From: Leucoraja ocellata
Lineage: Eukaryota
Assembly (NCBI GenBank): GCA_036785375.1
Contig: JAWMAR010000085.1
Span: 7,440,001 to 7,504,000 of the forward strand
Direction of reading: 5' to 3'
DNA: 64,000 bases
How positions within the stretch are numbered: the first letter of the stretch is position 1; every line of letters starts with the position of its first letter. Under the pieces are notes generated by a model, which was given only the letters and a program-made list of their open reading frames with translations, made no database searches and was not told the DNA's origin. This document shows positions 27,133 through 39,293 of the stretch, one piece after another. The position numbers and the translations under genes are program-made.

Positions 27133-27430
27133 GGGTGGCACAGTGGTGCAGCAGTAGAGTAGCTGCTTCACAGCGCCAGAGACATGGGTTCGATCCTGAC
27201 TATGGGTGCTGTCTGTGAGTTCTCCCTGTGACTGCTTGGGTTTCCCTGGATGTTCAGGATTCCTCCCACATTCCAAAGACGTACAGGTATCTAAGTTAAT
27301 TCGCTTCAATAAAATTGTAATTTGTCCGTAGTGTGTAGGATGGTGCTGTGTACGAGGTGATCGCAGGTCGGCGCAGACTCGGTGGGCGATAGGGCCTGTT
27401 TCCGCGCTGCATCTCTAAAGTATCTCTCAA
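27133..27430 (+). mobile_element. HE1-like SINE
   Basis: Full-length. Further copies lie at about 25348-25630, 26620-26842 (-), 28628-28940 and 29310-29850 (-). Confidence 0.83.
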
Positions 27431-28986
27431 ATACTGAGTATAATTTAACAAGCTGTGTATAGTGTTAATGCTTGGCCAACAGTGCCATACACTCGAGTTC
27501 CAAACTTTAATTTGTTTCAAATTAACTTTATTTCAAATTGTTTCAAATCAATGACTTGTCCCACCCGGTCATTCCTTCTTCTCCCCGCTCCCACCCAGCA
27601 GAAAATACAGAAGCTTGAGAGTACACACAACAGACTTAGGAATAGCTTTTTCCCCTCTGTTATCAGGTTTCTGAATGGTCCTTCCTTAAGCTAGGGTACT
27701 GTCCAATTCACCGCTACCCCATTGCGGGCATTGGACTTTGTCTCTGAAACTGATACGCTACATTGCAGAGAATTATACTCTGCACTCCGTATCTTCCCCT
27801 CTGCGCTACCTATTGTACGTGAGTTTGGCTAGTTTGTAGCTTTTCTGTCTACCTATTAAGATTTAATAGGAACCCGAGGGGTAACTTATCATTCAAAGGG
27901 TGGTAGGTGTATGAAAGGAGCTGCCAGAGGAGGTAATTGAGGCACGTATAATCGCAACGTTTAAGAAACATTTAGACAGGTACATGGATAAGTTGGTTTA
28001 GTGGGAAATGAGTCAAATGCAGGCAGGTGGGACTAGTGTCGGTGTAGGCAAGTTGGGCACAAGGGCCTGTTTCCACACTGTATGATAATGTCAATTACGA
28101 CATTTGGATTGACATATAGATAGGAAGGGTTTAGAGGGCTATGGGCCAAATGCAAGCAAATGGGACTAGCTCCATGTGCCAAGTTGGTTGGCATGAACAA
28201 GGTGGGCTGAAGGGCCTGTTTCCGCCCATGGCTCCATGACAGATCACCTAATTTTGCTGCCAGTTATAGTGTCGAGATAAAACGTATGTCCTTGTACATT
28301 TTCCTCTGCATGAGAAAGCAGATAATTTCTCCGCACTTCCTAAGGTCAAATGGCTGAATCTGTAACAATTCCTCAGTGCAGCTGGCACTTAAAGATAAAG
28401 CAGGAACATTTACCAGCATGACCTACCCTAGTCCGAAACCCGAGAAAGCAAAAATTAGAGACAAAAATAGCAAGACCATTGATTGAACAAAATTCAAAAC
28501 TTAACACTACGAACTCCAACTAAACTCTGACATACAAACTGTCCTATGTTGCAAAAAGGACTTTGAGCTTTCTTTTGTTTTGGACTAATATATATTTATA
28601 TTTATTGAACTTTTTTTTGTTTAGCTCAATAGCACAGTGATAAAGTTGCTGCCTCACAGCCCCAGAGACCTGGGTTCAACCCTGACTGTGGGTGCTGTCT
28701 GTACGGAGTTTGTACATTTTTCCTGTGGCCATGTGGGTTTTCTGTTTTTTCTGGACCATGGGTGCTCTGGTTTCCTTACACACTCTAAAGATGTACAGGT
28801 TCATAGGGTAATTGGCTTCAGTAAAAATTGTAAATTGTCCCTAGTGTGTAGGATGGTGCTGGTGTACAAGGATCGGTGGTCGGCATGGACTCGGTGGACT
28901 AAAGGGCCTGCTTCTGCGCAGTAAACTAAAAAGTAAACTAATGTGTTATCTATGATTATAGTCTTATCGTATAGTATTATAGTGTT

Positions 28987-29023
28987 ATCAGTCTGAAGAA
29001 GGGTTTCGGCCCGAAACGTCGCC
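28987..29023 (+). ncRNA. Putative minimal hammerhead ribozyme in a Penelope terminal repeat
   Basis: aucagu-CUGAAGA-a-GGGU-uucg-GCCC-GAAA-C-GUC-gcc, with a GUC cleavage triplet. Confidence 0.55.
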
Positions 29024-30169
29024 CCGCTGCACCCGCTGTGTTTCTCCAGCATTTTTGTGTACCTTCAATCTTCCAGCATCTGCAGTTCCTTCTTGAACAC
29101 TGTTATCTATGATTACTGTGTTTACAGACTTGCAATGCTGCTGCAAGTAAGAATTTCATTGTTCTATTTAGGTACACAAGACGATAAAACACTTTTGACT
29201 CTTGGCCCTCAGCAGTGCTGCCTGATCTGCTGAATTACTCCAACTCATTCTTTTGTAAACCAGTATTTGCAAGTCCTTGTTTCAACACACTCAACACTTT
29301 GTGTATTTTTAGTTTAGTTTTATAGATATAGCATGGAAACAGACCGTTGGGCCCAACAAGTCTGCGCCCACCATCGATCTCCCATTCACACTAGTTCTAC
29401 ATTATCCCACTTTCTCATCCACTCCCTACACACTAAGGAACAATTTACAGAGACCAATTAACGTACAAACCTGCACGTATGGGATGTGGGAGAAAACCAG
29501 AGTATCCAGAGAAAACCCGCGCGGTCACAGGGAGAACGTGTAAACTCCACGCACAGACAGCACCCAAGGAGAAATTTATTTAGTCAGAGGGTGGTGAATC
29601 TGTGGAATTCATTGCCACAGATGGCTCTGGAGACCAAGTCATTGGATATTTTTAAAGCGGAGATTGACAGGTTCTCGATCAGCAAGGGTGTCAAGGGCGA
29701 GAAGGCAGGAGAATGGGGGTTGAGCAGAGAAAGGTAGATCAGCCATGGTCGAATGGCAGAGCAGACTCGATGGTCCAATGGCCAAATTCTCTTCCTATGT
29801 CTTATGGTCAGGATCGAACCTGGGGTGCTGTGAGGCAGCAACTCTGCCAGTTGTTTTAATACATATCCCACTTTAATACAAATCAAACTGTTGCAGGGGT
29901 GAAGTAACAATGTAGCACATGTGTACATTTGTAACAAGAAGCAGTAGTGGAGTCCCACAGGGATTGAGGCGGGAGGGAAGAAACCGAGAGGAGGCAGAGG
30001 GAGGGGATGTGGGGAGGAATGGAAGGAAAGAAGGAGGGAATGGGGGTGAGTGAGAGGGAGGGAGAACGCAGGGGGAAAGGAGAGAGAGGCGGGAGGGAAG
30101 GAGAGAGAGCATGGGACGGGAGGAGAGGGGAGAGAGAGAGGGAGGGAGGGAGCAAAGATCCTAGAGAGA

Positions 30170-30560
30170 GGTGGGAGTGAAGGAGAGTAGGCGGGGAGAA
30201 GGTGGAGGAGGCGGAGAGAAGGTGGAGATCCGCCGCCTCCTGCCCGCTCCCATTACCTGTCGGGCTGGCAGCGCAGCGGTTCCCAGCAAAGATCTTTGGT
30301 TCCCAGCGTTGTGTGTTCCCTCCCGGCCGTCGGCGAGCGCGGCTTGTTCTCTTGGGGGAGGTTTGATTCAGGTTCAGTGTCTGCAGCGAGCGGCGGAGCG
30401 GGAGATCGCCCCATGGTGCGGGGAGCGACACCGGGATCCCGGGCGTGAAGCCGGGGGAGAGAGAGAGACTGCGAGAGGCGAGGCGAGGCCATCCCGGCGG
30501 GACATGCGGCGCTCCGCCGCGATCCTCCTACTGCCGGCCCCTGCTCTGCGGTGAGTCTGG
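30170..30560 (+). promoter_or_regulatory. CpG-island promoter and 5' UTR of PTGFRN
   Basis: High GC and CpG density compared with the rest of the window. It contains the leader exon and is flanked by purine-rich tracts. The TSS is not determinable. Confidence 0.75.
30504..30550 (+). CDS. PTGFRN: PTGFRN exon 1 coding part (signal peptide); apparent +1 frameshift in CCCC run at 30538-30541
   Basis: gacATG in CpG-rich DNA followed by a consensus donor G|GTGAGT at 30551. It reads MRRSAAILLLPA. Removing one C gives MRRSAAILLLPALLC-G, phase 1, which joins exon 2 (GLTLG/RVVKVP) as a typical signal peptide. Confidence 0.72.
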
Positions 30561-30824
30561 GGGAGAAAGGGAGGATAGAGAAGAGGATGAGGGGGAGGAT
30601 GAGAAGGGGAGGGGGGGGGGGGGGGGAGAGAAGGAGGGGAAGAGGGAGGTGGAGAATGGGGAAAGAGGGTGGAGAAAGGGAAGTAAAGAGAGTGAGAGAA
30701 GGAGGAGAGGGAGAGGGAAAGAGGAAAAGAAAGCGGAGGGAGGGAGAAATTGAGAATGGGCGTGCAACTGGGGGGAGGTGGAGAGACGGTGTTGTGAGAC
30801 TCCAGGCCGGCGGGCGGGCGGGTC

Positions 30825-31024
30825 NNNNNNNNNNNNNNNNNNNNNNNNNNNNNNNNNNNNNNNNNNNNNNNNNNNNNNNNNNNNNNNNNNNNNNNNNNNN
30901 NNNNNNNNNNNNNNNNNNNNNNNNNNNNNNNNNNNNNNNNNNNNNNNNNNNNNNNNNNNNNNNNNNNNNNNNNNNNNNNNNNNNNNNNNNNNNNNNNNNN
31001 NNNNNNNNNNNNNNNNNNNNNNNN
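30825..31024. other. Assembly gap (200 N)
   Basis: Run of exactly 200 N; the true size is unknown. Confidence 1.
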
Positions 31025-34000
31025 AATTTGGATTAAGTATGAATAAGGTTAGGCTAAATTACATTCCACAATAGAGGCAGCCTCTGACCAACAGGCGCAG
31101 CACATGAATGACTATATTCATGTATTGAAATCAGATTATAATTCATGCTGTTATGCATATATAGAGAGAAAAAAACAGAAACAAGGCAAGAGTTGGACTT
31201 CCATCACTGTTCTGCACAAATAAATCAATCAACCTTACCCTTTGACTATAGAAACAAGACAAAAATAATGCCACATATTCAATCGTATATGGTTCAATGA
31301 AATTAAGATATATATGGAAACAGGCCCTTCAGCCCACCAAGTCCACACCGACCAGCAATCTATCATACACCAGTTCCATCCTGCACTCCAGGGACAATTT
31401 ACAGAAGCCAATTAACTTACAAACCTGCACTTCTTTCGGATGTGGGAGAAACCAAAATATCCAGAGAAAACCCATGTGGTCATAGGGAGAATGTACAAAT
31501 TCTGTACAGACAGCACCCGTAGTGAGGATCAAATCTGGATCTGTGGTGCTGCAAGGCAGCAACTCTACCGCTGCGCCAACGTGCCACACCATTAAATTAT
31601 TTTTTCTGTAATATATTTATTATGGTGTCATGTCAATAAAGATGAACACATGATTCTGATTTCTGCCCTTAGTTGGATAATACACATCTCCAGTAATTGT
31701 GTTTTATGGCTGGTTTTCAACCTCTTCAGTCTGAAGGTCTCGACCCGAAACATCACCCATTCTTTCTCTCCAGAGATGCTGCCTGTCCTGCTGAGTTTTT
31801 CTAGTTTTTAGTGTCTATCTTCAGTTTAAACGAGCATCTGCAGTTCCTTTCTACACTCCTTGTTAAGCGAAACGGGTTCTATTCTCGTAATATTATTCAC
31901 CTCAACTAAGTTTTTTCTTCACCTCGTTGCTGCAGAGAATACAATTCCAGTTATCAAATCTTTCTTCAAAGTGAAAAAAAAATTCCAGCCCTGCCAACAT
32001 CTTCAAAAATTGCCCCTGGATCCTCTCCAGAGCAATTGTACCCTTTCTACAATGTGTCATAGTCTTACAGCATGGAAACAGGCCCTTCATCCCAACTTGT
32101 TCATGCAGATCAAGATGCCCCATCTAAGCTAGTCCCATTTATCTGCATTTGGCCCAGATCCTTTTAAACCTTGTGTGTGAATGAGAGTGTGTGTCAGTGA
32201 AGCGGCGACAATATCCGGAGTGAGCGGAGTCTTGGTGATGCCCGGGGAGCGTTTCCCTCTCCCCCCTCCCGGGAGGGCTGGCCAGCCCTGGGCAGGTTAG
32301 GGTCAGTGACCCGGGGGTCAGACATCGGAGCGGCTCTGGAGGCGGCACTGACGCCCTCACACACTCGGTCCACTCCTGGCTCTGGGCCGGGGTTAAAACT
32401 CCATGCGGTGTGGACAGAGCGGCGGACTGACACAGACAGAGCCACCGGGGGTGGGAGGTGTGAGCGGTGCCTCAGGGGGGGGATCGGTGCTGGGACCACT
32501 GCCGTGTCTCACCTACCACACCATCTGCACGGGAGAAACTACTCCCCCCCCCCCCCCCCCCCCCCACAAATTATCCCGCGGGCCGGTAGTTTGACAGCCC
32601 TGCTTTAAACCAAGTTGGCAGCCCTGATATAGTTCAGTACAAGATACGCATCTCAGATGCTGAGTCTGAAGGTTTGTTCTTTGCAATCGTCCTGAAGTGA
32701 CTGTAGCGTTTGCATGTTGATGGAGTTGCTGCTGTCATTTCAGCAACATCAGGATGCTTTTATTGTCTATTGTGCTTATTTGTCAGTGTCGTTTTAACAT
32801 TGCAGGGCCAGTGTGTAACCGATTACAGCCCACCCCAACTCTCTGCTCTCTGTTTTACCAGATTAAGGTGTTTATTTTTAGAATTAATTCCCCCTTCAAC
32901 CTTAGATGAATACAAATAGTTCAGTTTTAGTTTTTTATTGTCAGGTGTACCGAGGTACAGTGAAGTGTTTTTTTGTTGCGTGCTATCCAGTCAGCAGAAA
33001 GACTGAAGAAGTCTGAGGAGAGGAGGTGGGGAGGGAAGGAGGAGAGCAGGGAATAGAGGGATATAGATCATGTACAGGCAGAAGAGATCAGTTTAACTTG
33101 ATTACTCATGTTTGGCACAAACATTGTGGGCTGAATGGCTTCTTCATGTGCTGTACTGCTCTATGTTCTAGTGTAATTTGAAATGGAAACAAGCCCTTCA
33201 GCCCAACTCGTCCATGCTCACCAAGATACCCCATCTAAGCCAGTCCCATTTGCCCACAAGTGGCCCATTCCCCTCTAATCGACGTCCAGCCGTCTTTTAA
33301 ATGTTGATATAGTCCCTGCCTCAGCTAACTCCTCTGGCAGCTTGTTCCATCTACCAACCACCCTCTAAGTGAAAAGGTTGCTCCTCGCGTTCCTATTAAA
33401 TCTTTCCCCTCTTACTTTAAACCTGTGTCCTCTGGTTCTTGATTCCTCTACTCTGTGCATTCACCCTATCCATTCCACTCACGATTTTATGCTCATATTC
33501 ACTGATTGAGAATTACACCATTCTTTAATCATGTAGACAATAGGATTTGTAACAAGGTTCAGAAATGAATGTGTGTATTTCAAGGAGAGGGGCAGTAAAT
33601 TAAGCACACAGCGATGTCCCCTTCTCACTTCTACAGAAGTATGCTGCCTTCTTCCATGCCGGTATTTATTATCAATGAATGCCTCTTATTCCGAGTACAT
33701 AGAATTTCAACACTGCCTTCCAGACAAAGACTGCGTTTCACAACAGATATGGTCTTCAGTAACGTAATTTAACTCCGGCAGGGGCACATGACGAGCAACC
33801 CATGTTCCCAAAAGGAGTGTGTAGGAAGGAGCTGCAGATGCTGGTTTACACAGATGATAGATACAAAATGCTGGAGTAACTCAATGGATCTGGCAGCATC
33901 TCTGGAGAAAAAGAATAGGTGGCGTTTCAGGTTGAAGAAGGGTCGCCGAATGAAACGTCACCTCCTCCTTTTCTCCAGATGCTGCCTGTCCTACTGAGTT

Positions 34001-35291
34001 ACTCCAGCATTTTGTGTCTATTTAAGGTTAGTCAAGCTGTCCACAGTGTAGATACCGGATAAATGGAATAAGGTTTAGGGCCAGACAAAATCCAGAAAAG
34101 GCCAAAGTCTCAAACTCAATAGCAGCATTTCTGTTTGAGACCTGCCGCAGTAACACCCCTGGGTTTAAGTGACACAAATCCTTCCTTTCAGGAAGATTGT
34201 CACAAAATGCTGGAGTAACTCAGCAGGATAGAAGGAATGGGTGATGTTTCGGGTCGAGACCCTTTTTCAAAGGGTCTTATCGATGCCCATCCCCGCATGG
34301 CCCGGTTTCAGCATCTTCCGGCTGTATCCTTAGTTTAGTTTAAAGATACAGCTCGAAAACAGGCCCTTCAGTCCACAGAGTCTGCGCCGATCAGCGATCC
34401 CCGCACACTAACTCTCCTACACACTAGAGACAATTTAACAGAAGCCAGCTAACTTACAAACCTGTTCATCTTTGGAGTGTGGGAGGAAACAGAAGCTCCC
34501 GGAGAAACCCCATGTGGTCAGAGGGAGAACGTACAAACTCCATACAGATAGCACCCGTGGTCAGGATCAAAGCAGTGTCTCTGGCGCTGTAAGGCAGCAG
34601 CTCTACCGCTGCCCCACCATACCGCACAACATGTAATCATGCTTAGTTTTTCCGCTGTCCGGATAGCAGGCAACATAAAGCTGTACCTCGATGCATGTGA
34701 CAATAATAAACTAAACTGAAATAATGTCAGCTTTGACTTTCGAATCCTGTGCGGTGTGAAAATGCTGTTTGGGTGACTCATCCCGAGGAACATGAATTCC
34801 CCAAGATCGTTGTGTTTCACTTTAACAATCTCAATCTTCACTTCAGCAAATCTGAATGTGTGTGCGGTCTGTGTGATCGGTAACCTCGGATGTTGCTGAT
34901 ATAACTTTTGCCACAGAAATGTCCCCAAGTTCGTCAGAATGGAAAAGCTCACACCAAACATTTTTTGTGCACCTCACTGTTGCCATGGCGATGCCCTAAA
35001 AAACGTTTTGAGGGAATTGGCAGCTAAGCCGTATTGTAGGGAAGTTGTATGGAGTCACGGTATGGTGTTACCAGTTGCATTTGTATGGGTTTAAGCTAGT
35101 TTTCACTCTTGCCATTGAAGTATGGTTTCACTGTGCTAATCACTCCCTTTTAACTTGCCCTTGTAGTCATTGTTCATTTGTAACCCTACACGACAACAAC
35201 AACATTCATTTTTATAGAATGGAATTAAAATGAACTGCAGAGGCTGGTTTATATGGTCTCATCTTTGATTATGTGAATTTTGACCAGGATA

Positions 35292-35535
35292 AAGTGCCAC
35301 TGGATTTTGTCTACACTAAAACAGTGTTATATAAAAATGGACACAAAATGCTGGAGTAACTTAGAGGGTCAGACGGCATTTCTGGAGAACATGGATATGC
35401 GGTTGGGTCTGAAGAAGGGTCCTGACCTGAAACGTCAACTATGCATTTTCTCCAAAGATGCTGCCTGTTACTCCAGCATTTTGTATCCATTTTTATATAA
35501 CACTGTTTTAGTGTAGATAAAATCCAGTGGCTCTT
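35292..35535. repeat. Long inverted repeat (arms of about 69 bp)
   Basis: 35292-35360 is the reverse complement of 35467-35535 with about 3 mismatches. Confidence 0.92.
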
Positions 35536-36644
35536 CATCGTAGTTGGCCAAAAATGATATAAAGCCAAAGGTGAAAAGACCTTCAGGAGAAGATGTGAGG
35601 AGATTTATACTCTAGATGTTAAAGCGAGAAAGCGTGGAAACAGGTCCTTCAGCCCACTAAGTCTGCGCTGACCACTGATTCCCAAACATTAGTTCAGACT
35701 AAGTCTGAAGAAGGCTTTCGACCCAAAGCGTCACCCATTCCGTCTCTCCAGAGATGCTGCCTGTCCAGCTGAGTTACTCCAGCATTTTGTGTCTACCTTC
35801 AATTTAAACCAGCATCAGCAGTTCTTTCCTACACACTAGTTCCATCCTATACACTAGGGACAATTTACATAAATCAATTACCTACAAACCTGTATATCTT
35901 AGGAATGTGAGAGAAAACTGGAGTATCCAGAAGAAATCCACGTGGTCACAGGGAAAACCCACATAGATAGCACCTGTAGTCAGGATCGAACCCGGGTCCC
36001 TGGTGCTGTGAGGTAGCGGCTCTACCTATGTGTCGCATGGTCCAATCCTGACCTCGGCTGCCCTCTGTGCAGAGTTTGCACTCTCTCCCTGTGACCACGT
36101 GGGTGTCCCCCGGGTGCACTGGTTTCATCCCAAAGATGTTCAGGTTTGTAGGTTAATCGGCCTCTGTAAATGAGAAGAGGAAGTGACTGGGTTGAGACTG
36201 GTCCTTGATTATGCCAGTGGCCTTGCCAAGACAGCATGAAATATATAGTGTGAAGTGTTGGCCCACATCCCTCTAAATCTCTCCTATCCATGTACCTGTC
36301 CAAATATATTTTTAACATTGTTCCATATACCCACTATATTATTTGATGCATTTCTGTGTTTATTAAATATAGCTGATCTCCTCTGGGTGTAGTTCACAGG
36401 CTTTTTGCTTTCAGTTTTGGATTTGGTGTCATGTTTTTTCTGATTAATCTAAGAGTTAACCATGACTGCCATTGTGTCAGTCTCCAATAACAAGCACAAT
36501 CTGCTGGAGACCTGACACAGAACAGAAACCTCAAACAGTTAGGCTGCAAGTTTTGTGCTGGCCTTTTTGAAGCTTGGCAGGGTCTGCATGCTGTTGAGAT
36601 ACATTTCCATTTGGCTTTTTCATAGGCAAAATAATTACTTCTTT

Positions 36645-36935
36645 AGAGTTCAGAGATACAGTGTGGAAACAGGCCCTTCAGCCCACTGTGTCCGCGCTGA
36701 CCAGTGACCACTCCGTATACTAGCACTATCCAACACACTAGGGACAATTCACAATTTTACTGATCTAACTTTACAACCTTTGCAGTGTGGGAGGAAAATG
36801 GAGCTCCTAGAGAAATCCCATGCAGTCACAGGGAGAATGTACAATCTCCGTACAGACAGCACCAATAGTCAGGATTGACCCCGGGTGTCTGGCGCTGTAA
36901 GGCAGCAACTCTACCGCTGTGCCACTGTGTCGCCC
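36645..36935 (-). mobile_element. HE1-like SINE (intron 1)
   Basis: Antisense copy. Others in intron 1 lie at about 31305-31590, 34330-34625, 35620-36025, 39468-39755, 45825-46240 and 52312-52580. Confidence 0.83.
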
Positions 36936-37339
36936 TTGCTGTTCCTGAACCTGGTGGTCACAGTTTTCAGACTCCTGTACCTTCTTCCTGATAGCAGGAG
37001 TGAAAAGTGAGAGTGTGGCCAGGGCGGTGTGGGTCTTTGACAATGCTGGCTGCCTCCAGATTTGATAAATAACAAGCCGATAATAGACGTACACATAAGC
37101 AATAGAACGGGAGTCAAGAGTTTAATTGTCACATGTATCAGTAACGGAACAATGAAATTCTTACTCGTTGCAGCTTAACAGGCCCATTAATACAACAATA
37201 CACAGATAAATATATAATGATCATAATACAATAAATTAATAATTACCCAATTTAATAAAGTGTCGTTCTTTAAATGTGAGTGAGTGACTTAAAGAGACGG
37301 TGGACTTGGAAATAAGTCACTGAAAGGTAAAACAACAGA

Positions 37340-38590
37340 GCATGCTTGACTAATCTTCTGGAATTTTGTGAGGATGTAACTAGGAAAATGGACAAGGGAG
37401 AGCCAGTGGAGGTAGTGTACCTGAACTTTCACAAAGCATTTGATACAGTCCCACATGGGAGATTAGTGGGCAAAATGAAAGCACATGGTATTAGGGGTAG
37501 GGTACTGACATGGATAGAAAATTGGTTGGCAGACAGTTAAACAGGGATTAACGGGTCCCTTTCAGAATGGCAGTCAGTGACTAGTGGGGTACCGCAAGGC
37601 TCAGTGCTGGGACCGCAGCTATTTACAATATACATTAATGATTTAGATGATGAGATTAAAAGTAACATTGGCAAATTTGCAGATGACACAAAGCTGGGTG
37701 GCAGTGTGAACTGTGAGGAGGATGCTATGAGGATGCAGGGTGACTTGGACAGGTTGGGCGAGTGGGCAGATACATGACAGTTGCAGTTTAATGTGGATAC
37801 ATTTGAGGTTATCCACTTTGGTGGCAAAAACTGGAAGGCGGATTATTATCTGAATGGTGTCAAGTTGGGAAAAGGGGAAGAACAACGAGATCTGGGGTGT
37901 CCCTGTTCATCAGTAACTGAAAGTAAGCATGCAGGTACGGCAGGCAGTGAAGAAAGCGAATGGCATGTTGACCTTCATAACAAGAGAAGCTGAGTATAGG
38001 AGCAAAGAGGTCCTTCTGCAGTTGTACAAGGCCCTAGTGAGACCACAGCTGGAGTATTGTGTGCAGTTTTGGTCTCCAAATATGAGGAAGGACATTCTTG
38101 GTATTGTGGGAGTGCAGCGTAGGTTCACAAGGTTAATTCCCGGGATGGCATGACTGTCATAAATTGACAGAATGGAGCGGCTGGGCTTGTAAACTCTGGA
38201 ATTTAGGGTGAGAGTGGATCCCATTGAAACGTATAAGATTATTAAGGGATTGTTCACGCTAGAGGCAGGAAACATGTTCCCGATGTTGGGGGGTCCAGAA
38301 CTAGGGGCCACAGTTTAAGAATAAGAGGTAGGCCATTTATAACGGAGATGAAGAAAAACTTTTTCACCCAGTGTTGTTTGTGAATGTGTGGAATTCTCTG
38401 CCTCAGAAGGCAGGGGAGGCCAATTCTCTGGATCCTTTCAAGAGAGAGTTAGATAGAGCTCTTAAAGATAGCGGAATCAGGGGATTTGGAGAGAAGGCAG
38501 GAACGTGGTACTGACTGTGGATGATCAGCCATGATCATATTGAATGGCGGTGCTGGCTCGAAGGGCCGATTGGCCTACTCCTGCACCTAT
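37340..38590 (+). mobile_element. CR1 LINE, about 1.25 kb 3' part with decayed reverse transcriptase
   Basis: CLTNLLEF..VVYL.F.KAFD.VPH, SGVPQGSVLGPQLFTIYINDLD, KFADDTKL and LYKALVRPQLEYCVQFWSP, with internal stops and frameshifts. Confidence 0.92.
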
Positions 38591-38829
38591 TGGAGTAACT
38601 CAGCAGGTCAGACAGTATCTCTAGAGGGCGTGGATAGGTGACATTTTGAGTCGGGACACTTCTTCTGAGTCTGACACATGTAGGTACAGCACAGTTCAGA
38701 AGAACAGAGTCCTTTGCTGGATATCTTGCACAATGTACCTCTCCAAACCTCCTCAACTGAAAGGATGGATTAAAGTTATTTTGTTCCATTTCAATTGTCA
38801 CAATAATTTTAACTAAACTTTAATCTCCT

Positions 38830-39293
38830 TTAGATAGACACAAAATGCTGGTCAGGCAGCATCTCTATAGAAAAGGAATAGGTGATGTTTCGGGTCGAGA
38901 CCCTTCTTCAGACTGAGAGTTGGGGGAAAGGGTAACTAGTGGGATGAAAAGGTATAAAGAACCAAAAAATGAAATGTATGAAAAGAACAAATCACTGTTC
39001 ATACCCCTCTCGTTATCATCTCTTCCGCAGCCAACAATGAACCATTGTGGGCTCTGCCGCTCCTTGAACATCCTTTCTGGCCTTGATTTGTTCTTTTCAT
39101 ACCTTTCATTCTTTTGTTCTTTGTATCTTTTCATACCTCCAGTTTCCCTCTCCCGTGACTCTCAGCCTGAAGAAGGGTCTCAACCCAAAACGGCACCTAT
39201 TCCTTTCCTCCAGAGATGCTGCCTGACCCGTCAAGTTACTCCAGCATTTGGTGTCTATCTTCCGTGTAAACCAGCATCTGCAGTTCCTTCCTA
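38830..39293 (+). mobile_element. Longer Penelope-derived fold-back element
   Basis: Inverted arms about 38830-38992 and 39085-39260 around a Penelope 3' internal piece, ending ccagcatctgcagttccttccta. Similar elements lie near 10490-10940, 11680-12200, 18280-18770, 33815-34022, 49515-49752, 53125-53560 and 59305-59515. Confidence 0.75.

Noticed and set aside
29883-31074. Long Ser/Pro/Leu- or Arg/Gly/Glu-rich ORFs around exon 1 and across the gap
   Set aside because: They are products of polypurine low-complexity DNA and Ns.
37346-38153. Reverse-transcriptase ORFs as an active gene or retron-like system
   Set aside because: This is a 5'-truncated CR1 with stops and frameshifts.
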